From: Patescibacteria group bacterium
Lineage (GTDB): Bacteria > Patescibacteriota > Minisyncoccia > Phycocordibacterales > DATDWN01
Direction of reading: 5' to 3'
Length of the DNA: 64,000 bases
NCBI GenBank assembly: GCA_040384485.1
Contig: JAZKJH010000002.1
Span: 22,235 to 86,234, forward strand
The notes below the pieces were generated by a model. It was not told where the DNA came from. It made no database searches and was given only the letters and a program-made list of their open reading frames with translations. Numbering within the stretch: the first letter of the stretch is position 1; each line of letters opens with the position of its first letter. Made by a program: the position numbers and the translations under genes. Shown in pieces: positions 1 through 9,260 of this stretch.

Positions 1-1
1 G

Positions 2-1183
2 ATTGCAGACAGTAGGGTAGTTATTACAACAGCTCACGGTTCAAAGGGATTAGAGTATGACTATGTGTTTGTTCCTTACGCAACGGATGAATCATGGGTA
101 GGCAGAAGCCACGGACGGAGTTTTGTTTTACCACAAGAAAAAGGGGAAGGTGATGAAATAAAAGATGCTAGAAGACTTTTTTATGTAGCAATAACACGTG
201 CCAAAAGTCATGTAAGTATTCTTACTCCGAAAATGGATATGGATGGCAAGACTTTAACTCCTGTCAGATTTCTGGAAGAAATAGACAGTCGGTTTGTGTC
301 GAGTAAAAACTTTGTTGGAAAACTACCTATCACAACTAGTGTTTATGGAGATATAAAGAAAAAAGAGAAAAAAGAACTAGTAGAGTACGCCAAAAATATA
401 TTACAAGAAAAAGGTTTGTCAGTAACTGCAGTAAACCACTACTTTACTTGTACAAGACAATTTCTATATAAAAGTATTTTGAAAATACCTGAGCCCCCGA
501 CTCCAAGTTCAGAAAAAGGTATTGCTATGCATAAAGCATTCGCAGAGGTTTGGAGTTTGGACAAGAAGGATGTAAAAAGTATTGAGAAAACAATTAACTA
601 TGTAGTTGCTAAACACATAAAGGAATCCTTGCTTACACCGACCGATAAAGAAAATGTTTTGGAAGAGTTACTTAAAGATTCCTCAGCAGTCAGTAGTTCA
701 ATGGTAGAGCACTTTAACCTAGAAGGCAGAGTACTTACAGAAAACTGGAATGAGAAAAGTTTTGTAACTAATTTCGAGGATAAACAGCTGGTTATAAACC
801 TTCATGGGCAACTAGATGCGATAGTAGATACTGAGAAAAAGGTTTTTGTATTTGACTATAAAACCAAAAAACCTATGAGTGAAAAAGCAATAAAAGGGGA
901 AACTCAAAGCGATGACGGGAACTACTGGAGACAACTCGTCTTTTATCGAATGTTGCTCGACGGGAATCATAATTACAAAAATAAAGCCATTCAACCTAGT
1001 TTGTGGTTTGTAAAACCGGACAATGGGGTATGCAAGGAGGCAGTGTTGCCAATAGAGGAGAGTGACATAGAGACGTTACAAAAAGAACTAACTGTTTTAG
1101 TAGAGGATGTATGGAGCGGAAAATTTATTGATAAAAAATGTAGTGATCCTAAGTGTAAATGGTGCGCGATGATTGAGCTATAA
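2..1183 (+). CDS. UvrD/PcrA-like helicase C-terminal region fused to a PD-(D/E)xK RecB/AddA-type nuclease domain with a C-terminal Cys cluster; 5'-partial, the frame is open from the window start
   Basis: Frame 2 reads ...VITTAHGSKGLEYDYVFV... and then ITRAKSHV (helicase motif VI-like). The C-terminal region has GQLDAI, FDYKTKK and a QxxxY-like YRML nuclease signature, plus CSDPKCKWC. Confidence 0.6.
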   Translation: MADSRVVITTAHGSKGLEYDYVFVPYATDESWVGRSHGRSFVLPQEKGEGDEIKDARRLFYVAITRAKSHVSILTPKMDMDGKTLTPVRFLEEIDSRFVSSKNFVGKLPITTSVYGDIKKKEKKELVEYAKNILQEKGLSVTAVNHYFTCTRQFLYKSILKIPEPPTPSSEKGIAMHKAFAEVWSLDKKDVKSIEKTINYVVAKHIKESLLTPTDKENVLEELLKDSSAVSSSMVEHFNLEGRVLTENWNEKSFVTNFEDKQLVINLHGQLDAIVDTEKKVFVFDYKTKKPMSEKAIKGETQSDDGNYWRQLVFYRMLLDGNHNYKNKAIQPSLWFVKPDNGVCKEAVLPIEESDIETLQKELTVLVEDVWSGKFIDKKCSDPKCKWCAMIEL

Positions 1184-1205
1184 TTAAGTATCCTCTTTTC
1201 AACAT

Positions 1206-1295
1206 TATTATTTTTTGAGACTTCGCAGACGGGTAGTCGAGACAGAGCAAAATCGTACCAACGATTTATGCGTGCTCTAAAAATGATAATGTTGA
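1206..1295 (+). repeat. Conserved about 85-nt intergenic motif, copy 1 (core gagacttcgcagacgggtagtcgagac...caacgatttatgcgtgctct), immediately followed by a terminator hairpin; candidate structured sRNA/repeat
   Basis: About 80-85% identical to 4392..4478, with one compensatory change in the internal hairpin aaatcgt/acgattt. Confidence 0.4.
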
Positions 1296-1302
1296 ACGAG
1301 AA

Positions 1303-1333
1303 AAAACAACTGCTAATGAGCAGTTGTTTTATT
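1303..1333. terminator. Intrinsic terminator hairpin acaactgct-aatga-gcagttgt followed by a T-run; sits between convergent genes
   Basis: Perfect 8-9 bp stem followed by TTTTATT. Confidence 0.6.
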
Positions 1334-1360
1334 CGTATATATTGAATTCGTATGCTTGTA

Positions 1361-2056
1361 TTACTCTAGTACCGCATCGATAACTGACTTCAAGTTCTCG
1401 TAAGGTTGAGCACCTACGATTGTTGTTTTTGTTCCGTCCTTTGTGATAAGGATAGAGTTAGGAGTACCTGTTCCACCTGCTTTCACTGCATCTTCGTAGT
1501 GAGCTTGAACTTTGGCTGTAAATTTTCCACTTGATAGACAAGTGTTAAAAGCTGCAACATCTAGACCAACTGTTCCAGCCATTCTTGGTAGTTCTGATTC
1601 TGGTAGAGAGTCGTTTGAGTTTGTTGTGTCATACAACAAGTTGGTGTATTCCCAGAACTTACTTGGACCACCTAAGTCATTTGCACACTCTAGAGCCTCA
1701 GCCTCTTTTCTAGCTTTTCTGTGTAGCTGGTCTATTGGGAAGTGTCGATATACCCAAGCCACTTTTCCACTGTCCCCATATTCTGCCATAACTCTTTTCA
1801 TTGTAGTGTGGAATGTTTTACAGAAAGGACACTCTGTATCAGAGTACTCCACGATAATAACTTCAGCATTTGGATTACCAAGTATGTGGTCGTCAGCACT
1901 AACTGGTCTCATGTCCACTTCCCCTGTATTAACTCCAGGGTTATTGAAAACAGCCTGTTTGGAGTCTACTTTTCCTCCTGAATAATAAAGCGAAACAGCA
2001 ATTAGTGCTCCTGCTATAACTATTGCTATCGGTACCGACAATTTTTCCATGGTCAT
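1361..2056 (-). CDS. Membrane-anchored DsbA-like thiol:disulfide oxidoreductase (thioredoxin fold, CPFC active site)
   Basis: N-terminal TM helix, then the ...YSDTECPFCKTFH... motif. Confidence 0.7.
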   Translation of the reverse strand: MTMEKLSVPIAIVIAGALIAVSLYYSGGKVDSKQAVFNNPGVNTGEVDMRPVSADDHILGNPNAEVIIVEYSDTECPFCKTFHTTMKRVMAEYGDSGKVAWVYRHFPIDQLHRKARKEAEALECANDLGGPSKFWEYTNLLYDTTNSNDSLPESELPRMAGTVGLDVAAFNTCLSSGKFTAKVQAHYEDAVKAGGTGTPNSILITKDGTKTTIVGAQPYENLKSVIDAVLE

Positions 2057-2089
2057 AATATAATGCGAAATTAACGAATAATTTTTACT

Positions 2090-2893
2090 ATGGTAACATT
2101 ATATACCATGGATATTTTAACAGCAATTATACTAGGTTTTGTGGAAGGAGCGACAGAATTTATACCAGTTTCCTCATCAGGGCATCTCATTTTAGCTCGA
2201 GAAATTTTGGGAATAACTGAGGGTGGACTTTCATTTGATGCAGTTCTGCAGTTATCTGCCTCTTGTGCGTTACTGGTTTATTTTTGGAAGGACATATTGC
2301 ACATATTCAAGACTGCTTTTTTGTGGATTAAAAAAGATAAAGTATTAGATGATGATAAAATACTAATCAAGGCAATTTTTTGGGGTACCATTCCAGCTGT
2401 TATTTTTGGACTACTGCTTGAGGATTATATGGATACGGCCTTTAGGAATATTGATTTAGTTGCTGTAACACTTATTCTAGGAAGTATACTTTTTTACGTC
2501 GCACAGAAATTTGCAAAACAAAATGAGACTCTCACTTTAGGAAAGGGAATTATGATCGGTGTGTTTCAATGTCTCGCACTGGTTCCAGGTGTATCACGAT
2601 CGGGCGCTACTATTTCTGGAGGGCTTTTGGCTGGACTTAAACAAGTAGATGCTGTTAGGTTTAGTTTTCTACTATCCATACCTGTTGTTTTTGGTGCAGG
2701 GCTCAAGAAACTGTTTGAAGTTTGGTCAACTATACAGGGGGATGTTGTGATGGCACTTATTATTGGCTCAATTACTGCTTTTATTACTGGTTTAGTTGCA
2801 ATAGGGTTTTTAATACGATTTTTGAAGAACAACAGTCTAAATATTTTTATAGTTTACCGTATAGTCTTGGCCGTAATTATCTTGTCTCTATAA
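2090..2893 (+). CDS. uppP: Undecaprenyl-diphosphatase UppP/BacA (the start may instead be the ATG at 2108)
   Basis: GFVEGATEFIPVSSSGHL motif and multiple TM segments. Confidence 0.85.
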   Translation: MVTLYTMDILTAIILGFVEGATEFIPVSSSGHLILAREILGITEGGLSFDAVLQLSASCALLVYFWKDILHIFKTAFLWIKKDKVLDDDKILIKAIFWGTIPAVIFGLLLEDYMDTAFRNIDLVAVTLILGSILFYVAQKFAKQNETLTLGKGIMIGVFQCLALVPGVSRSGATISGGLLAGLKQVDAVRFSFLLSIPVVFGAGLKKLFEVWSTIQGDVVMALIIGSITAFITGLVAIGFLIRFLKNNSLNIFIVYRIVLAVIILSL

Positions 2894-3061
2894 GTCCTTA
2901 TTTCTAGCTATATTTACATCCTAAAAACACCTTAGGTCTGAACAGATACAAAATATCGGTAGTTCTATTGACAACTCTAAATAATTGTGCTAGACTAGTA
3001 CCAGAGCAAGTATCAGCAATCCCACCATATCGGTATCTGCCGATTTCTCAGGAGACACATA

Positions 3062-3622
3062 GTGAAGCACACAATTGAAGAGTATGTTGACAACGGCCTT
3101 CGGATTCTGCTCGGTGAAGTTGATGCTGCGGTCGGTGAGTCCACTGGACGACCCGTTATCCCCGCATATCAGCTCCCCAGCAACCTGAAGAAGGTGACCA
3201 AGGAGATCCAACTTCTCACAGAGAAGGAGGGAACCTCGGAAGAAGAGCTTCTCGTCATCAAGGAAAAGATCAAGAAGACGCGAGGCATCCTTCGCAACAG
3301 CCAGTTGCGACACTGCGTCGACGGCATGCCTGGACTCACGCAACGCTACGAGTCCCTGCCGAAGTCGCTGCGGACGCCTGAGCTTCTGGCGCACAAGGAA
3401 GCATTCGAGTCTGCGGTCACCCTGATCAACGAGAAGAAGATCTGGTACCCGGCCGACATCTCGAAGCTCGCCTGGGCTTACCGTGACGCGATTTGCGAAG
3501 CGGAGGAAAGCCGGGCTGCGCAGAGGGCTCGTGTTACCCAGCAGAAGAGGATCAGCAAGGAACGGGCCGTCGGGCGCCGGACCATTGCTGAACAGATCAT
3601 GGATCTGGTGGGAGCACAGTAG
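3062..3622 (+). CDS. Hypothetical protein encoded in a GC-rich (about 55%) island; GTG start; its own promoter-like TTGACA-17-TAGACT and an AGGAGA RBS
   Basis: GC content is far above the flanks. A protein-like ORF is present only on the plus strand. A terminator follows immediately. Confidence 0.5.
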   Translation: MKHTIEEYVDNGLRILLGEVDAAVGESTGRPVIPAYQLPSNLKKVTKEIQLLTEKEGTSEEELLVIKEKIKKTRGILRNSQLRHCVDGMPGLTQRYESLPKSLRTPELLAHKEAFESAVTLINEKKIWYPADISKLAWAYRDAICEAEESRAAQRARVTQQKRISKERAVGRRTIAEQIMDLVGAQ

Positions 3623-3628
3623 CAACAA

Positions 3629-3671
3629 CCGGTTGATAAGGAAAAAGTTTCCTTATCGACCGGTTTTTTTA
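3629..3671 (+). terminator. Intrinsic terminator (ccgg-t-gataagg...ccttatc-ga-ccgg followed by TTTTTTT)
   Basis: Long hairpin followed by a T7 run. Confidence 0.65.
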
Positions 3672-3718
3672 TATTTAGATTTTTAGTTATCATTAGTTAT
3701 CCAAGGGATGCCCTTGGA

Positions 3719-4300
3719 TTAGAACAAAGACTGGGTTTTGATATCATTCACTTCTTCCCAATGCTTTGTATCAAGTTTTATTTCTTTTTTGAAAGGTCCC
3801 TCTTTGAACAAAAGCTTTTTATTTTTTACGGCGTACTCATAAACGTCTTTTGTTATTTTTACATCATCTAGGCAGTATTTACGCACCTTATCAACCTCTC
3901 CCTGTCTCCACCAAGTCACAGCTTCTAAACCGTTTCCGCTTTTGTTTATATTGAAAGTGCCTTCTGCTATTTGATCTAGTCGCATTCTGCGTCCATACGA
4001 GTTTCTGATTTCCTTTAGTAAGTCGAGTGACCGGATTTCAGTAAGGTCTCCTAAGCCTGCTTTTCGGTAGTATTTGTTAAGCAGAGGAATGTCGAAATGA
4101 TCCCCGTTAAAAGTAATTAACATTGAACTGTTCTTAATTATTTCCCACATAATAGGAAATTCTTCTTCGACAAAACTCTGGTATTTTCCGGTTTCATAGT
4201 CGTACAACCCGACAACTGATATATCCAAATCCTCGGCTCGGTTTGAGCCCACGTCTTGGAAAATATTCTTAGTCTCAATATCAAAAACAATTTTTCTCAT
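3719..4300 (-). CDS. DnaQ/PolB-exo-like 3'-5' exonuclease (RNase H-like fold)
   Basis: FDIET (Exo I), FNGDHFDIP (Exo II) and YCLDDVKITKDVY (Exo III YxxxD) motifs. Confidence 0.6.
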   Translation of the reverse strand: MRKIVFDIETKNIFQDVGSNRAEDLDISVVGLYDYETGKYQSFVEEEFPIMWEIIKNSSMLITFNGDHFDIPLLNKYYRKAGLGDLTEIRSLDLLKEIRNSYGRRMRLDQIAEGTFNINKSGNGLEAVTWWRQGEVDKVRKYCLDDVKITKDVYEYAVKNKKLLFKEGPFKKEIKLDTKHWEEVNDIKTQSLF

Positions 4301-4391
4301 AATTTATATACGAATAATACTAAATACGGATACCTACAAATGTCTACGAATGAACATAGGGAACAATCATAATATAAAACTCGATGAAAGC

Positions 4392-4478
4392 TTATTATTT
4401 CAGGAGACTTCGCAGGCGGGTAGCCGAGACGGAGGAAAATTTTAACAACAATTTATCCGTGCTCTTGAAATAATAAGT
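4392..4478 (+). repeat. Conserved about 85-nt intergenic motif, copy 2 (see 1206..1295)
   Basis: gagacttcgcaggcgggtagccgagacggaggaaaat...caacaatttatccgtgctct; followed by an AT-rich hairpin. Confidence 0.4.
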
Positions 4479-4491
4479 TAAATAAAAGTTT

Positions 4492-5769
4492 TTAACTATT
4501 CACTATATTCACCACTTCCTCTATCTTAACTTTTACCTCAGATCCAGTTTCCATGTTTTTGACTGGATAAGTATCGGTTTTTATCTCATCTTCGCCAACA
4601 ACTAGAACAAACGGAACTTTCTGTCGGTCTGCAGTTTTTATTTGGTCACCCAGCTTTTTATCAGTTATATCTACTATCACATTTAGTCCTTCATTTCTTA
4701 GGCTATCAGCAATCTGAATGGCGTTAGGAATGTACTCAGATTTCACGGTAGCGATATACAAATCTGTAGCAGGCTTGTAGTCTGGGAGGAGTTTATGAGC
4801 CTCAAGGAAGTCACGAGCAGTAACATCTCCAGCTCCAAAACCAACGGTTGGAACTTTTCTGCTACCAAATATATCAAGTAAGTCGTCATATCTTCCACCG
4901 CCGAATACAGAGCGATTGTTGTCTGGGTGTAGGTCGAATACTTCAAAAACTATTCCAGTATAGTAGTCAAAACCTCGCATTAAAGTTGGGTCGAATATAA
5001 CATTCTTTATCCCTGAACTAGATAGTTTTTCAATAAGTGTGACTATTTCTTGGACATTTGAATCACTTTCGCCGATATACTGTAAAAGTTTTTCGTCAGA
5101 AGATAGTAAAGTTGAAAACTCAGTTCCTCGTTCACCCATAATCTCCGTTAAGGCATTAACAAAATCCTCGTTAGAAATTTTATTTTTCTTGTCTATTATT
5201 TTAGATACCTTATATGAAGAGTCAGAATCAAGATCAAACTTTGCATACAAAGCATTCATTAGTTTTCTGTTGTTTATTTTTACAACATAATCTGACTCCG
5301 ATGCTCCGAATTCTTTCATTATTTTACAAGCAACAGTTATGATTTCTGTGTCAGCATCGTTTGAGTCTATACCAAACAAGTCAACATTGAGTTGCCAGTG
5401 CTCTCGCAACCTTCCTCTTTGAGGTTTCTCGTATCTAAAAAGGTTAGGAATAGAATACCAACGTAGTGGGAAAACCAACTCTCTTTCTTTCTGAGCCACA
5501 AGTCTAGCTACTGTAGGAGTCATTTCTGGACGCAGAGTAACCTCTCTTTCACCTCTATCTATGAATGTATATGTTTGCTCGTTTACTATCTCGCTTCCAG
5601 TTTTTGCCCTGTATAACTCTGCAGGTTCCAGTATGGATGCATCGTACTGGACATATCCGAAACTTTCCACAACCTTTTTCCATTTAGAAAAAATGTAGTT
5701 CTGGATAAAGTAATCTTCTGGGTAAAAGTCTCGAACACCTTTGTAGCTTTCTGTGCTTATTTTTGACAT
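4492..5769 (-). CDS. hisS: Histidyl-tRNA synthetase
   Basis: Class II aaRS motifs and a HisRS-like N-terminus (RGVRDFYPED, TLRPEMTP), about 425 aa. Confidence 0.9.
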   Translation of the reverse strand: MSKISTESYKGVRDFYPEDYFIQNYIFSKWKKVVESFGYVQYDASILEPAELYRAKTGSEIVNEQTYTFIDRGEREVTLRPEMTPTVARLVAQKERELVFPLRWYSIPNLFRYEKPQRGRLREHWQLNVDLFGIDSNDADTEIITVACKIMKEFGASESDYVVKINNRKLMNALYAKFDLDSDSSYKVSKIIDKKNKISNEDFVNALTEIMGERGTEFSTLLSSDEKLLQYIGESDSNVQEIVTLIEKLSSSGIKNVIFDPTLMRGFDYYTGIVFEVFDLHPDNNRSVFGGGRYDDLLDIFGSRKVPTVGFGAGDVTARDFLEAHKLLPDYKPATDLYIATVKSEYIPNAIQIADSLRNEGLNVIVDITDKKLGDQIKTADRQKVPFVLVVGEDEIKTDTYPVKNMETGSEVKVKIEEVVNIVNS

Positions 5770-5842
5770 GTTTTATTATAATTTTCGCAACTCTTACTTG
5801 TCGAGTTTCAAATTTTTCTTATATGTTATAGTGTATCAAAAT

Positions 5843-6610
5843 ATGGAAAAACAGAAAGGTCTACATTTGGTGTATAAAAAGTTGGGGGAGACGCCCTTGG
5901 AAGCCATCCAAAGGTTAAAAATAGATGAACCAGAATCGGCAGGTCTACCGATTACTTACGCAGGAAGACTCGATCCTATGGCAGAGGGGCTTCTTATTTT
6001 GTTGTCCGGAGAAGAAGTGCATAACAAGGAGAAATACAATGAATTATCAAAAACCTATGAAGTTGAGGTTTTGTGGGGTTTTGAGACTGACACTTTGGAT
6101 GTGCTCGGTTTGGTTAAAAGCTTAGATCCAAAACTTATCAACTTAAAAGTCGCTGATTTAGAAAATGCGTTAGCGGAAACAGTTCGAGTATTTGAACAAA
6201 AGTATCCAGCCTATTCTTCAAAGCCAGTTGAAGGAAAGTCCCTTTTTATCTGGGCACGAGAGGGGAAGTTGGGTGATATTGAAATACCAAGCCATCAGGT
6301 TGAAATTTTCAGTTCAAAGTTTCTAAACAGAAGAACGATAATCGGGTCCGACTTACTAAAAGAAATAAAAGAAAAAATAGATCTTGTTTCTGGAGACTTT
6401 AGGCAGCAAGAAACTATAAGTAAATGGGGCGAAGAGTTGAAAGACAGATTGGAAGAAGAATTTTTCCTAGATAAGGTTGAACTAGAAGTCTCATCGGGAT
6501 TTTACGTACGACAGTTTGTATACGATCTGGCCAAATCATTTAATGAGAATGCTATTACATTTCATATAAAAAGAACAAAAGTTGGTGAATATAACCTTGC
6601 AAACATTTAG
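5843..6610 (+). CDS. truB: tRNA pseudouridine(55) synthase TruB
   Basis: YAGRLDPMAEGLLIL catalytic Asp motif. The start is taken at MEKQKG; the ORF-track start at 5753 is unlikely. Confidence 0.8.
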   Translation: MEKQKGLHLVYKKLGETPLEAIQRLKIDEPESAGLPITYAGRLDPMAEGLLILLSGEEVHNKEKYNELSKTYEVEVLWGFETDTLDVLGLVKSLDPKLINLKVADLENALAETVRVFEQKYPAYSSKPVEGKSLFIWAREGKLGDIEIPSHQVEIFSSKFLNRRTIIGSDLLKEIKEKIDLVSGDFRQQETISKWGEELKDRLEEEFFLDKVELEVSSGFYVRQFVYDLAKSFNENAITFHIKRTKVGEYNLANI

Positions 6611-6682
6611 AAAAAGTGGTTAGATATTGTTTGGAAGTTCACGTAAGTAAAATTAACGTCGTTCGTTCGGGAAGGAAATCGG

Positions 6683-6976
6683 ATGTCACAAAGTATGACA
6701 AAACAGGAAGCTCGCGACTTTTTCAATGGGAGAGTCAAGGAGTTTCTTGTGAGGTGCAGTATAAAAGGGGAAGACCTTTGTGCAAGAACGGGTCTCCTCA
6801 AGACGACTCTGGGTGCTGTTTTGCAAGGAAACTTTACTCGATGCCATCATGACGATTTGTTATCAGTGGCGAAGGTGATTTTTCCTCCAGCCGACAACCC
6901 TAAGTCATACGGAGATATGGAACGTGCCATTCACGTTATCTTCGATGTCGTCCAGTCAGGTAATGTAACCGTTTAG
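6683..6976 (+). CDS. Small HTH (XRE-like) DNA-binding protein in a GC-rich island
   Basis: ...GEDLCARTGLLKTTLGAVLQG... helix-turn-helix pattern; GC-rich; followed by a terminator. Confidence 0.45.
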   Translation: MSQSMTKQEARDFFNGRVKEFLVRCSIKGEDLCARTGLLKTTLGAVLQGNFTRCHHDDLLSVAKVIFPPADNPKSYGDMERAIHVIFDVVQSGNVTV

Positions 6977-6984
6977 ACACATAA

Positions 6985-7022
6985 CCACTGCAGTTGCTAG
7001 GACAACTGCAGTGGTTTTTTTA
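6985..7022 (+). terminator. Intrinsic terminator ccactgcagttg-ctagga-caactgcagtgg followed by T8
   Basis: Perfect 12-bp stem and a T-run. Confidence 0.7.
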
Positions 7023-7078
7023 TTTGCATAATTTTTGTATTAGGTATTTAATAATATAGGAAACTGACTGGAGGTCAC

Positions 7079-7426
7079 TTGGGCAGAAAGATTCAGCGCA
7101 CAGCACTTGCCAGGGCAATGGGTCGGGAAATTCGCGATTGGAGAGATAGATTCTCCCGCGAGCAAATCGTTGAGATATCAAGAGTCAAGAAGAACACGAT
7201 TATCAAAATCGAACATGGTAAATGTCAGCATGTTTCTTCGCGTGACATTAACCGGGTGATTACCGCTCTTTCTCGGCTTAACAAAATCAACGAAGACAGG
7301 CTCCTGCGGATCAAGGATCTTGCCAAAAGGATCACTGAGCCTAAAAACGGCGTTAAAAAAAGGATTGCTCACCGAGTAATGCCATTTAAGCACAGAACTT
7401 TTCGTAGAGGCCTTCGCAAGAAGTGA
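7079..7426 (+). CDS. Small HTH (XRE-like) DNA-binding protein in a GC-rich island; TTG start after a GGAGG RBS
   Basis: ...FSREQIVEISRVKKNTIIKIEHGK... HTH pattern; GC-rich; TGA stop. Confidence 0.45.
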   Translation: MGRKIQRTALARAMGREIRDWRDRFSREQIVEISRVKKNTIIKIEHGKCQHVSSRDINRVITALSRLNKINEDRLLRIKDLAKRITEPKNGVKKRIAHRVMPFKHRTFRRGLRKK

Positions 7427-7444
7427 CCTTTCAAAAACCCCCCA

Positions 7445-7479
7445 GACTTTATAAGCTGGGGGATTTTTTCAACATATTT
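7445..7479. terminator. Bidirectional intrinsic terminator (cccccag...ctggggg, T-run) between convergent genes
   Basis: A-run, hairpin, then T-run. Confidence 0.6.
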
Positions 7480-9260
7480 TATTTCGCTTTCAAGATTTTC
7501 TTTCTAAGTCTAGTTGATTTCGGAGTTATTTCTATGTATTCATCTCCAGACATTATTTCCATGGCTTTCTCGATGTCGAGTTTGTAAGTAGCTGCTAAAT
7601 ACACACTTCCATCAGAACCAGAGGCACGCATGTTAGTAAGCTGTTTTCCTTTGGTAGGGTTTACATACAAGTCTTCACCTTTTGAGGTGTTTCCAATAAC
7701 CATTCCTTCATAAACTTCTGTTCCAGGGTCTACATACAGTGTTCCTCTTTGTTGTAGGTTATCCAATGCAAATGCCAGAACTTTTCCAGATGTCATAGAC
7801 ACCATAGAACCATACTGAGTCTTTTTTATTTCACCAACATACTCTCTAAATTCAATAAATCGAGAAGACAGTATTCCTAATCCTTTTGTATCCACAACGA
7901 ACTGACCTCGGTAACCTAAGAGTCCTCTTGTTGGAATTTCAAAAACCAATCTCTGGTGTCCTTCTGATTGTCTAACATTCATAAGTAGACCTTTTCTTTC
8001 TGTAAGTCGTGAGATAACTGAGCTTGCCATTTCTTCCGGCACGTCTATCGTCACTTCCTCAAAAGGTTCAGTTTTAGCACCTGCTTCTTCTTTTATAATA
8101 ACCTGTGGTTGTGATACCTGAAGTTCAAAACCTTCTCGTCTCATGTTTTCAAGTAGGATAGCGATGTGAAGTTCTCCACGTCCATACACTGTGAAGAATT
8201 CGTTTGCGTTCCAATCCACCTTTAGTCCAACGTTCACTTCAAGTTCTTTTTCTAGTCGGTCTCGGATTTGTCTACCAGTTACAAACTTTCCTTCCTTTCC
8301 AGCAAAAGGGGAGTCGTTAACGAAAAAGTTAAGTGAGATGGTTGGTTCATCGATGTTAATAGAAGGAAGTCTCTCGGCTGACTCATCTTTACAAACTGTG
8401 TCACCGATATATACAGTCGGAAGTCCAGCTATCATAACGATGTCACCAGCAGAAGCGTTATCTGTCTCAACTCTTTTTGTTCCTTCAAATGTAAAAGCTT
8501 TTGTTATTTTACCAGTTATTACTTTTCCGTCAGTTTGTTTTACAAAAACATTGTCTCCAGTTTTGATAGTTCCTTCATAAACTCTACATACCGCCATTCT
8601 CCCAAGGAAGTTGTCGTAAGCTAGGTTAAAAGGCTGAAGTCTGGCTGGAAGTGTAACATCTCCTTTTGCAGGTGGAACCTCGGACAAAATAGTTTCAAGA
8701 AGTGGGAAAAGGTTCTCTGATTCTTCATTCAGTTTCATTTTAGCAATTCCTTTTACTCCAATAGCGTAGACAGTAGTAAAGTCTAATTGCTCGTCGTTTG
8801 CCCCTAGTTCCATGAAAAGCTCCAGTACCATTTCGTGTACTTCATCAGGTCTTGCAGCTGGTTTATCTATCTTGTTTATAACTACAATAGGTTTCAAACC
8901 AAGTTCAAGAGACTTCTTAAGAACAAACCGTGTTTGCGGCATAGGTCCTTCTTGAGCATCCACAAGTAAAAGCACAGTATCAATAGAACGAAGTACTCGT
9001 TCTACTTCAGACCCGAAGTCGGAGTGTCCTGGTGTATCTACAATGTTTATTTTGGTAACTTCTCTTCCTGATTCTGGAGTAGGGTAGTAAACAGAGGTGT
9101 TTTTAGCATATATGGTAATGCCGCGCTCTTGTTCTAGGGCGTTAGAGTCCATACTTACTCCTTCGGCAGTTACCATTCCAGTCTGGCGCATAAGAGCGTC
9201 TGTCAGGGTAGTCTTTCCGTGGTCCACGTGCGCTATAATAGCTATATTTCGAATCTCCAT
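7479..9260 (-). CDS. typA: Translational GTPase TypA/BipA
   Basis: IAIIAHVDHGKTTL G1 motif, DTPGH, NKIDK and an EF-G-like domain order, about 593 aa. Confidence 0.9.
   Translation of the reverse strand: MEIRNIAIIAHVDHGKTTLTDALMRQTGMVTAEGVSMDSNALEQERGITIYAKNTSVYYPTPESGREVTKINIVDTPGHSDFGSEVERVLRSIDTVLLLVDAQEGPMPQTRFVLKKSLELGLKPIVVINKIDKPAARPDEVHEMVLELFMELGANDEQLDFTTVYAIGVKGIAKMKLNEESENLFPLLETILSEVPPAKGDVTLPARLQPFNLAYDNFLGRMAVCRVYEGTIKTGDNVFVKQTDGKVITGKITKAFTFEGTKRVETDNASAGDIVMIAGLPTVYIGDTVCKDESAERLPSINIDEPTISLNFFVNDSPFAGKEGKFVTGRQIRDRLEKELEVNVGLKVDWNANEFFTVYGRGELHIAILLENMRREGFELQVSQPQVIIKEEAGAKTEPFEEVTIDVPEEMASSVISRLTERKGLLMNVRQSEGHQRLVFEIPTRGLLGYRGQFVVDTKGLGILSSRFIEFREYVGEIKKTQYGSMVSMTSGKVLAFALDNLQQRGTLYVDPGTEVYEGMVIGNTSKGEDLYVNPTKGKQLTNMRASGSDGSVYLAATYKLDIEKAMEIMSGDEYIEITPKSTRLRKKILKAK

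Noticed and set aside
2990-3628. 212-aa minus-strand ORF overlapping the GC-rich plus-strand gene
   Set aside because: It is a mirror ORF of the kind typical for GC-rich DNA. The plus-strand frame has the RBS, promoter and terminator, and a more protein-like composition.
4392-4478. T-box riboswitch leader for hisS
   Set aside because: hisS is on the minus strand, so this element lies downstream of it. No T-box consensus (AGGGUGGNACCGCG) is present.
5753-5842. N-terminal extension of truB from the ORF-track start at 5753
   Set aside because: The extension (MLIFDMFYYNFRNSYLSSF...) is low-complexity and overlaps the hisS start region. Conserved TruB begins near MEKQKG at 5843.
8191-8580. Antisense ORFs inside typA, hisS, the PBP genes, priA, mreB and others (for example 8191..8580, 4743..4946, 18291..18533, 36129..36696, 39587..40120, 45152..45640)
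   Set aside because: They lie fully inside strongly supported genes on the opposite strand, have low-complexity or odd composition, and lack RBS support.
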